A stretch of DNA of 64,000 nucleotides. Source: Macrostomum hystrix. Its lineage: Eukaryota > Animalia > Platyhelminthes. Every line of letters begins with the position of its first letter. Position 1 is the stretch's first letter. The notes below the pieces were generated by a model. The model was not told the origin of the DNA. It saw nothing but the letters and a program-made list of their open reading frames with translations, and searched no databases. A program made the position numbers and the translations under genes. The stretch covers positions 2,666,001 to 2,730,000 of the forward strand of contig CATNEN010000039.1 of the NCBI GenBank assembly GCA_950097015.1, read 5' to 3'. Below are positions 29,571 to 40,100 of the stretch, piece by piece.

Positions 29571-30186
29571 ACAAGATTAAGAATTATTCGTGCCGCACAG
29601 AACCGGCCCACACGGTCATTGCAAAAGACAGAAATTGTCAGGGAATCGGGCAATGTTTAGACAAAACTACTCATGGGTGCTGAAAAAGGAAGAAGTCGAG
29701 GACAGGGGGATGCCGAGTGTGCTGGCCGACTGGCAGCATCGGGGATTTCAGGACACACCCCTTCTGTAGATTCGATAAGCATCCGATGGGAGATGGGACG
29801 GGACGGGATCGAGCGAGTCCGGGGGGGAGGCCGGCGGATGAGGGGCCAGAGATGAGACGGCGCGACAGCAAGACAAGGCGAGATGCGGACTGACAGCGGC
29901 GAGCCGATGGAGGGAAAATGGCGAGCCGATGAAGCCGAGCCTCCCTCACGCAGTCCTGAAATCCCAGAGAGAACTGAGCTCCCTCGGGGGGCAGAGAGTG
30001 AGGGGAGATAGGGAGGGTGACGGGGCAAGCGAATGCAGCGGGGAAGCCAATCAGAGGCGCTGATTTGGCCCGGTCTCTCCGCTCACCCAGCCGACAAGCG
30101 TCTCGCATTTTTGTGCGCCCAAGTCGGAGCTCGGCTTCCTTGCAGGGCCCGGAACTGAAGTCTCTGAGCGAGTCGCACACTGAACT

Positions 30187-31731
30187 ATGAGCAGGCAGCT
30201 GCAGCAGCGGGACATCCGCATCACGCTGACGTCGCCGGACGATGCTGACGACGAATGCGAGGAGACTCTGATTGCGATGACGACAAGAAATGCAACTGCG
30301 ACAGCAGCAACGCCGGCTGGGTTGACAACTACCGCGGTTACCGGGGAGACCGCGAAAGATCGGCAGCAGCCACAGCCGCCGCCCTACTCCCTGATTGTGG
30401 CTGGGCGATCAAGTTCCTGTACTGTGTTACGGCAGAAGCAGCAGCAGCAGCAGGTAGTATTCCAAGGCGCAATGGGACGCATAGCGGGGATTTGATTATG
30501 TAAAAAGCAGCGAGCTTTCAAACAATGCGATTCCGAACCCTTGGACTGAATGCTAGAGGTCCCGAACTGCATAATTTTAAGCCCTTTAATCCCGTTGGCT
30601 GACTTATTAGTCTGATCCCTGACTCGCAAAGCCACATCGACTTTGCAGCTGCAGCAGCAGCAGCAGGAGCTGATGGCTCGGCGGAGCAGCGACAATTCCG
30701 CTCGTCGACTGCAGATTCTGCAGCCGCTGCTGTCCCCGACGTCGCATCAGGACGACGTTAACAGTGCCAGCCGCCGCTCGTCGAGCGCCCGTCGGGAGTC
30801 GCGCCAGAGCTCGCAGCAGGGCTCGGAGCACCGGCTGGGCGTCCCCGGAGTCCACGGCCGGCCGTCCATCGTGTCGCTAATGAGCTCCAGCGGCTACCGG
30901 ATCTCATTGGACCGGCTGCCGGACGAGCTGGCCAGCTTGCTGCAACAGCAGCTGGTCGACGTTGAGACGCCGCAGCAGAGACGCCAGCGACGCCAGGCGG
31001 AGGAGGCGGAGCTGCCAACTGGCTGCGGCCTGTTGGACCGACTGCGAGCCCGATACCGGCTGCGCGTGCTCGAGACTCTCGCCCGGCCGTTTCTCATCAG
31101 GCGCAGCCGGGGTGTTGGCGCGGGCGGAGTGGAATTCGGCGGAGGCGGCGCCGGCGGTGGCCGGGCAGCCGGTGAGCGGTACCGACCGCCTCCGCTGAGC
31201 GAGATGGTGCGGCGGACCAGATTCAGCCGCGAAGAGGTCAAGTCGCTCTACCGGGCCTTCAAGCAGCAGTGCCCGAGCGGCCTGCTGAGGCGGCGCCAGT
31301 TTGTGGAGGCCCTGGCCTACCTGTTCCCAATGGGCAACCCGAGCCTGTTTGCCCACTACGTGTTCAACACAGTCGACTGCGACAGGGACGGAGTGGTCAC
31401 CACCGAGGAGCTGGTCTGCGCGCTATCCATGCTGACCCGCGGCTCGGCCGACGAGCGGATGCGCTGGGTCTTCCGCCTGTACGACGTGGACTCGGACGGT
31501 CAGATTTCGCGACAGGACGCCCTCGCCGTCTCGGCGGCGATATTCGACCTGTGCGGCGACCAGGTGCGACCGGCTGTGCGACCGGAGGCTCCTGTCGAGA
31601 AGCTGGAGCAACTGTTCGGTGAGGTGCAGCCGGCTGATCCCGACGCCATCACCATGGAGGAGTTTCAGCGCTGCATGGAGAAAAAATTCAGAGCTCTGCC
31701 AGAGGGTGTCTTTGCGACTCCGCTGTTCTGA
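30187..31731 (+). CDS. KChIP/calsenilin-like neuronal calcium sensor (EF-hand) with long N-terminal extension
   Basis: Exons 30187-30453 and ~30649-31731. TRFSREEVKSLYRAFKQQCPSG, FAHYVFNTVDCDRDGVV, LTRGSADERMRWVFRLYDVDSDGQIS are the NCS/KChIP pattern. Confidence 0.88.
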
Positions 31732-32260
31732 CTGGATCTCCTGGGGTGCCTGACTAGATCTGTTTGGAGGGCCTGACTGGTTCTGTTTGGAGGGCCTGAC
31801 TGGATCTGTTTGGAAGGCCTGACTGGATCTGTTTGGAGGGCCTGACTGGATCTGTTTGGAGGGCCTGACTGGTTCTGTTTGGAGGGCCTGACTGGTTCTG
31901 TTTGGAAGGCCTGACTGGATCTGTTTGGAGGGCCTGACTGGTTCTGTTTGGAGGGCCTGACTGGATCTGTTTGGAGGGCCTGACTGGTTCTGTTTGGAGG
32001 GCCTGACTGGATCTGTTTGGAGGGCCTGACTGGATCTGTTTGGAAGGCCTGACTGGTTCTGTTTGGAGGGCCTGACTGGTTCTGTTTGGAGGGCCTGACT
32101 GGTTCTGTTTGGAGGGCCTGACTGGTTCTGTTTGGAGGGCCTGACTGGTTCTGTTTGGAAGGCCTGACTGGATCTGTTTGGAGGGCCTGACTGGTTCTGT
32201 TTGGAGGGCCTGACTGGTTCTGTTTGGAGGGCCTGACTGGATCTGTTTGGAGGGCCTGAT
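31728..32260. repeat. 23-bp minisatellite starting at the KChIP-like stop codon
   Basis: CCTGACTGG(A/T)TCTGTTTGGAGGG, about 22 copies. The first degenerate unit includes the TGA. Confidence 0.95.
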
Positions 32261-33337
32261 TAATTCGGTTTGCGGTGTCAGACAAGCGGTGCAGATTTAT
32301 CATTTTACGTGTATTACCCTTGTGATTGTGCGTGTATTCCGCTGTTTTTCCTTGCTGTATTGTTATTAGTTGTAAATTAAAACCTGCCGGAGTGTCATGA
32401 AATTACGCAGCTGCGAGCAACATGAGCAGTGGGGACTCACTAGACTTGATGCCTAGTGAGACCCTAGGACTCGAAGTGAAACACGAGTCGTTTTTTTATC
32501 TTCCGGCTTTGATTTGAGTCTTGAAGGCAGGTGGGAGAGAATAATTTCAACAGGTAGACGACAGTTTTCCCGCAATGTCCCGGTGAATTAGATCCTCACT
32601 AATCTGAACACTAATCTGATGCGGTGCATGAAGGCCAAACAGCTGAGCAAAACCAATCAGGCGAAACTCGACGCATGCGGCATCACGACCGACTCGGCGG
32701 GCGCGGGCTGGCATGGCTCGGGCAGGTGGCGTTGCGGCGCAGGCGGGGCAAGGCTGCGGGGAGCCAGACTTTGGCAGGACTAATCATTTGAGTTCCGCAG
32801 TGTCCGTGATTAAAGGGCTGGATTATCCATTCCCTGGAGAATAAAGCCTCGATTCTGTTGGTCAAAGAGAGCAAAACGAGAACAAGGCAAAGCAGCCAAA
32901 TGGATTGGGGAGATTAGGAAATCGACTGCTGGCTAGGGACACAAGGATTCCTTTGAGTCAGAGATTTTCTGTAGCAGACAATCGCAGCCAAATGTGAGTA
33001 GCCATTGAGCTGGCTTTGCTCACAGAAGCATTTTCAGTGCCAGCATTCCTGACAAATGCTGCAGGGCTGGCGGGTGACGGTAAATACCGAGGAATCATGG
33101 CACACAGACAGCAATTACCTGCCGGGGAGAAAATACAGGGGAAGGGGATAGGGTGGGTACCAGGGCAGTGGGGACGAATGCACAGGCAGCAGGTAGGCGA
33201 AGCGCCATGGGGAGACGGCTTACGTGGAGTATAAGGGAAAACGATGAAGGGACGGTGACAATAGGTGAAGCGAAAAAGAACGTGAAAAAGGTAAGGGATC
33301 AAATGAAGGGAGGTTGGAGTCGCCGGCACCACAGATA

Positions 33338-33545
33338 GGATGAGGTGAAGGCAGGATGAGATGAAGGTAGGATGAGATGAAGGTAGGATGAGATGAAGGT
33401 AGGATGAGATGAAGGTAGGATGAGATGAAGGTAGGATGAGATGAAGGTAGGATGAGATGAAGGTAGGATGAGATGAAGGTAGGATGAGATGAAGGTAGGA
33501 TGAGATGAAGGTAGGAAGATATGAAGATAGGATGAGATGAACAGA
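33338..33545. repeat. 16-bp purine-rich minisatellite
   Basis: GGATGAGATGAAGGTA, about 12 copies. Confidence 0.93.
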
Positions 33546-34203
33546 GGATGGAATAGGATGAAGGAAAGTAGGTAAGTAAAACCGGAAGTCAGAAGCTGAT
33601 AGGAAGATGAGGCAGGGAGTAGGGAGGAGGGCATAGATGAAGCTCGTCTGTCGCAGCTGCCACAATGCTTGGTGAAGGGTCACTCAGCTCAGCAGCCTGG
33701 CAGCTGCATGTTTTTTGGGCTCGAGTGCGGCCGAAAATCGGCTCAGGCCGGGGCAGGTGCGGCCCAGACAGGAAGGCGGTCATGCTGCGAGTCATTCAGG
33801 ACCGCACGCAAGCGGAAATGCGTGCAGCGAGCCGAGACGAGGACTGAAAGAGTGAATCAGCACAATGCACCTCTAATGCATTTGGCACTTTCCACGGAGG
33901 CAGGAGAGCGACCTTGTTTTCTAGGAAACAGCAGCGGCGGCGAGAACTACTTTCTGGCAGGCAGAGCTCTCTATAAGCCTCTGCAGTAAAAGCGCATTGT
34001 TTATGGGCCGATCGGCCCAGCTAATTGCCAGGCCAAGGAGCAAGCAGGCTGCAAAATTGCATTCTATGACCCAAGCTGCCTGCCTGCGATCTTCTTCAAA
34101 CTCTTACCTTGGTCAGGACTAAGGCTTCACTGAAAGATACATTGATTCCTCATTCAGTTATCGCCACTTCGCTGGCTCCACGACTGGCAGCATAGGCTAA
34201 CAG

Positions 34204-34722
34204 GGTAATGACCGATCATATGACGCAGGTAATGACCGATCATATGACGCAGGTAATGACCGATCAAATGACGCAGGTAATGACCGATTATGAGACGCAT
34301 GTAATGACCAATCATATGACGCAGGTAATGACCGTTTATGTGACGAGGCTAATGACCGATCATATGACGCAGGTAATGACCGATCATATGACGCAGGTAA
34401 TGACCGATAATATGACGCAGGTAATGACCGATCAAAAGACGCAGGTAATGACCGATTATGAGACGCAGGTAATGACCAATCATATGACGCAGGTAATGAC
34501 CGTTTATGTGACGAGGCTAATGACCGATCATATGACGCAGGTAATGACCGATCATATGACGCAGGTAATGACCGATCATATGACGCAGGTAATGACCGAT
34601 CAAATGACGCAGGTAATGACCGTTTATGTGATGAGGCTAATGACCGATCATATGACGCAGGTAATGACCCATTATGTGACGCGGGAAATGACTGACTGTG
34701 TGACGAGGCTAATGACCGATCA
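34204..34722. repeat. 24-bp minisatellite
   Basis: GTAATGACCGATCATATGACGCAG, about 21 copies with a recurring variant order. Confidence 0.95.
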
Positions 34723-35264
34723 TAGAAAAATTAAAGCAATGAGGAAACGAAATCTAAAAAAGCAAAAAACGTTGATTAAAAGGCGCCAACATTGCCACCT
34801 GTCATAGGAATCAAACTTAAATAAGCGGTATCTCAACAATAGAATTGATTTTGTTGCGAATATTAGATAATTTTAATAAAATATGACTTTATCCAGATTA
34901 GTCAGAAGACATTGGAACAGACAGAAAGCCAGAACTATTGGGTTATAAAGAAATTTTGCGGGTTTAAAACTGCTGGCAGCAAACAACAGCAGAGAAGAAA
35001 TCACTGAACTCTTTTATACCAGGACAAATTTCTTTTTCAAGTCACCGCCAGTAGTTTGCTCGAGTCAGACACGAATCGGGAGAAGGATTGGACAAGAACT
35101 CGCAGTTAAACAGTAAGAGTAAACAAAGCACAGCAAAGCAGAATGGGAAAATATTGCCGATTAACTGGCACTAGATTGATAAGTCAACAACTGAACGGCA
35201 TGGAAGCAGCACCAGCGACTGGAGTGATCAACGTGATAGAAAACTCATACACGGTATTGGTGGG

Positions 35265-36912
35265 AAGATAGATGGAGTGGAAGGGTAGATAGATGGAGTG
35301 GAAGGGTAGATAGATGGAGTGGAAGGGTAGATAGATGGAGTGGAAGGGTAGATAGATGGAGTGGAAGGGTAGATAGAAGGAGTGGAAGGGTAGATAGATG
35401 GAGTGGAAGGGTAGATAGATGGAGTGGAAGGGTAGATAGATAACGTGGAACGGTAGATAGAAGGAGTGGAAGGGTAGATAGAAGGAGTGGAAGGGTAGAT
35501 AGATGGAGTGGAAGGGTAGATAGATGCAGTGGAAGGGTAGATAGATGGAGTGGAAGGGTAGATAGATGGAGTGGAAGCGTAGATAGATGCAGTGGAAGGG
35601 TAGATAGATGGAGTGGAAGGGTAGATAAATAAAGTGGAAGGGTAGATAGATAACGTGGAACGGTAGATAGAAGGAGTGGAAGGGTAGATAGAAGGAGTGG
35701 AAGGGTAGATAGATGGAGTGGAAGGGTAGATAGATGCAGTGGAAGGGTAGATAGATGGAGTGGAAGGGTAGATAGATGGAGTGGAAGCGTAGATAGATGC
35801 AGTGGAAGGGTAGATAGATGGAGTGGAAGGGTAGATAAATAAAGTGGAAGGGTAGATAGATAACGTGGAACGGTAGATAGAAGGAGTGGAAGGGTAGATA
35901 GAAGGAGTGGAAGGGTAGATAGATGGAGTGGAAGGGTAGATAGATGCAGTGGAAGGGTAGATAGATGGAGTGGAAGGGTAGATAGATGGAGTGGAAGCGT
36001 AGATAAAAGGAGTGGAAGGGTAGATAGATGGAGTGGAAGGATAGATAGATGGAGTGGAAGGGTAGATAAATAAAGTGGAAGGGTAGATAGATAACGTGGA
36101 AGGGTAGATAGATAACGTGGAACGGTAGATAGATGGAGTGGAAGGGTAGATAAATAAAGTGGAAGGGTAGATAGATAACGTGGAACGGTAGATAGATGGA
36201 GTGGAAGGGTAGATAGATGGAGTGGAAGGGTAGATAGATGGAGTGGAAGGGTAGATAGATGGAGTGGAAGGGTAGATAGAAGGAGTGGAAGGGTAGATAG
36301 ATGGAGTGGAAGGGTAGATAGATGGAGTGGAAGGGTAGATAGATGGAGTGGAAGGGTAGATAGATGTAGTGGAAGGGTAGATAAATAAAGTGGAAGGGTA
36401 GATAGATGGAGTGGAAGGGTAGATAAATAAAGTGGAAGGGTAGATAGATAACGTGGAACGGTAGATAGATGGAGTGGAACGGTAGATAGATAGAGTGGAA
36501 GGGTAGATAAATAAAGTGGAAGGGTAGATAGATAACGTGGAACGGTAGATAGATGGAGTGGAAGGGTAGATAGATGGAGTGGAAGGGTAGATAGATGGAG
36601 TGGAAGGATAGATAGATGGAGTGGAAGGATAGATAGATGGAGTGGAAGGGTAGATAGATGGAGTGGAAGGATAGATAGATGGAGTGGAAGGGTAGATAGA
36701 TGGAGTGGAAGGGTAGATAGATGGAGTGGAAGGATAGATAGATGGAGTGGAAGGGTAGATAGATGGAGTGGAAGGGTAGATAAATAAAGTGGAAGGGTAG
36801 ATAGATAACGTGGAACGGTAGATAGATGGAGTGGAAGGGTAGATAAATAAATTGGGAGGGTAGATAGATGGAGTGGAAGGGTAGATAGATGGAGTGGAAG
36901 GATAGATAGATA
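35265..36912. repeat. 21-bp purine-rich minisatellite with a 210-bp higher-order block
   Basis: GTAGATAGATGGAGTGGAAGG, about 78 copies. Variant TAACGTGGAACGG at 35441, 35651 and 35861. Confidence 0.97.
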
Positions 36913-37142
36913 GAAGTACAGGTACAGCACGCAGGCCAATTGGTCAGAGAGGGCTAGGCTAGCAAAGCAACAAGCTTGATGAGGATAAGGCAAAAGCGAA
37001 TTGCGGAGAGTTACTCAGTTACTCAGCTACTCAGTTTATTCTAGTTATAATGTAGTCGGAAATATTTTCAATCACTTATTTTATTCGAAGCAGTGATTTG
37101 ACCGCCACCAATCCTAGGCAGAAAGTTTCTGGCTAGCATTCC

Positions 37143-40100
37143 TCAGGACTCGCTGAAGTCGAAGTAGTCAACCCTGGGCGACGAGTTCGAGCCATCGGAA
37201 ACTCCGCCGCCGCCCCGGCTGATGCCGAGCGAGTCCATCTGATCAGGCAGTCTGGAGTACACGGTGGCCACGCGGCCGAGGGTGGTCAGGTGGGAACCGC
37301 CGGTGCTGGCTGCCAGGCCGGAGCTCCAGGATTGGACAGCCCGGGGCAGCTGCTGGGAGCCGCCAAACAGGCGCTGAGTCTCGGCCGAGAGCTTGCGATC
37401 CGGCAGGCGGGCCCGGCCGCGCTTAGCCGTTGCGGTCACCGTGCGGCTGGCGTCAGAGCCGGCGCCGGTCACCTGGCGGGCGAGGAATTAGAATGAGCAT
37501 TGTAAGCTGACGAGACCTTCAATGACCTGGCTGGACCTGCCATAATCCGAAGCTTTTGTAATCGGCACCTTGATTCACCTGGCATGACCTTGATCACGAC
37601 ACATTCCCCTAAAATGACCCCGATAACGACACATTCGCCTGAAATGACCCTGATCATGACACATTCCCCTGAAATGACCCTGATCATGACACATTCCCCT
37701 GAAATGACCCTGATCATGACACATTCATCTGACATGACCCTAATCATGACACATTCATCTGACATGACCCTGATCATGACACATTCATCTGACATGACCC
37801 TGATCATGACACATTCATCTGACATGACCTTGATCATGACACATTTATCTGACATGACCTTGATCATAACAATTCCACCTGGCATGACCCTGATCATAAC
37901 ACTTTTAACTGGCGTGATAATGATTATGAACATTTTAACTGGCATGACACTTATGACACGAAATATGACACTTAAGTGGCTGACCCTGATATCATAACAC
38001 TTTGACATGACACGAATTGTGACACTGGCACAGATTATCAACTCACCTGCACTTCGCAACCATAAACCTCGGCCAGCTCATAGATAAACTTTCTGCCGTC
38101 CCTGTTGGGCGCCTGAAACTGCGCGCTGCGGCTCTGGCTCCTGCCGTTAACCACCGCCGAGCAAGCTTCGTCCAGGCGCGATTCTACCATGGCCGCGAAC
38201 GATGGATAGGCCTTCCACAGGTCCAGCAGAGACTTGGCGTACAGCGGAACCGAGCTGACGGCTCCGACGCCGCCAGCGGCCGCGCCCGACATTGCCGAGC
38301 CGGATGAGTCAATGCCCAGAGCTTCGGCCAGCTGACGGTTGCGCTTCTCTAGCTGGCACTGGGCGTCACACTGGAGGCTGCCGCGAGTCTGCAGCTCTCG
38401 GTAGGACTGGGAGGAAGCCGGGCAGCAGGGAATGGGGATGATTTGGTATTATGACCCGACTTTATGAGAGAATATTGCTGCACTTTTTTAGGGAACTGAA
38501 TCGGAGGAGTTCAGTGAAGGTCGGGGTAACTTCAAAATTCAATTCTAAGAAGAATATCTGAGCGATATTTCAGTCTAATTAGGAGGATCTGAATGGGATT
38601 TTAGATTAGCCCAGGGATCTCATAAAGTTCCAAGAAGCACCTCCGCTCACCTGCAGGTCCATTTCGCCACCAAGCGCCACAGTGAGATGCAGGCCGGCGT
38701 TACTCATTTGCGCGGCAAGGTGGCAGGGCACCTCCTGGACCCGGCGAGAGCACGGACAGCGCAGGGTGACGGCCTCCTGGCAGGGTGGCTGATGGCCGCA
38801 TAGCTGCGGATGATGGCAGGGCAGCAGGCACGGATGTCCGCAGTCTTCTCGAGGCAATTTGCAGGGCTGCTTGCAGGCCGGCTGCTGCTGCTTTTCAGCG
38901 GCTGCTGAGCACTCGCCGGAGTGGCAGAGTAGGGCGCAGCGATGGCCGCAGTTCAGCGCACGGCCGCACTGGACACCGCAGCTGACCGCTGACTGGTGGC
39001 AGGGGACATTCTGGCGCAGGGATCTGCCGCACTGGCAGCGCTTTGAGACCAGGTAGGCGCACGGCGGGCAGGCTTCGCCAGGCAGGTGGCACTCGTGCAG
39101 GCTGGGATGGCCGCAGGGCCTCAGGCGCGGGCACTGGCTGTCGCATTCGGGCGGTCGGGCGCCGCAGGGCACGGGCGGCTGGATCGACTGGGCGCCGCAG
39201 AGGCAGGAGACGGGGTTCAGCAGTATGCGGGGGCAGGCAGGACAGCGGCCCAGGTGGCAGGGCTCCTCGCACTGGTGGAGGCCGCAGGGCAGCGGCTTTG
39301 AGCAGGTCTGCGGACACGGGTGGTCCTGCTGGATGCAGCACAGCTCGCCGCATCTGTGAAGATTGCAATTGGCATTGGGAGGCTGATGTCATCGTAGGAT
39401 TGGGGAGTCTGGTCCTTCCTGATGTTAATAATAATTAAAATAAAATAATTACAGGAGGACTGCGGGCGATGGTACATCATCTGGTGACACTAGACCCGCA
39501 GCCAGCGAGGAGGCAATTCTGCTCATTTCGCTGACTCCTGAGCACACACGCTCACACAGGTGTGTACATCTGCCCTGACTTTCTCATCGTCAGGCAGTGT
39601 ACACTGCCACTCTTCCTTGGAGGTTGGGAATCAAGGGCAAAAATTGCACGACAAGCCCCCAATGTAATGTGGCCACGGCAATCGTAGTCTATTGTGGGAT
39701 TTGGGATTCTGGTCCATCCTTGAGTTGCCAGAATAGTATATTTTGGGATTGGGATTTGGGATTGGATCCCCATTTTAGACTAACATACATTTTGGAATTA
39801 TCCTGCTCCCAAATATGCTCGAACCCGGCCAGGTAAAACAAGGCACATCAAGCTAGTAGCGCAGCTTCATTTTATTCCCAAAACCTGACAAAAGCCAGAT
39901 GAATTTACGCTACAATGCAGCATTTCTACCGAGTTTTATACAAGGCAGGTTTGAGTACACTGAGCCGCACTGCATACACTGGGCTGCAGCTATTGTATTA
40001 CAACATTTTTGCTGCACAAAATGCTGTTGGATAATAGAGCAAAAGCTATTTTATCTGGTAGAATAGAGCAGATACAATCGCAGGCAATGAAAAACTCTAT

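Noticed and set aside
34208-34807. 199-aa (MTDHMTQV)n ORF and similar repeat ORFs at 25.6, 31.7, 33.0, 37.5, 50.8, 52.0, 53.3, 54.7, 58.3 and 59.8 kb
   Set aside because: These are open frames produced by stop-free repeat units, with no independent evidence of coding.
35245-36993. 582-aa (LSTLPLH)n ORF, superficially LRR-like
   Set aside because: It is a translation of a 21-bp minisatellite with no ATG start and no splice context.
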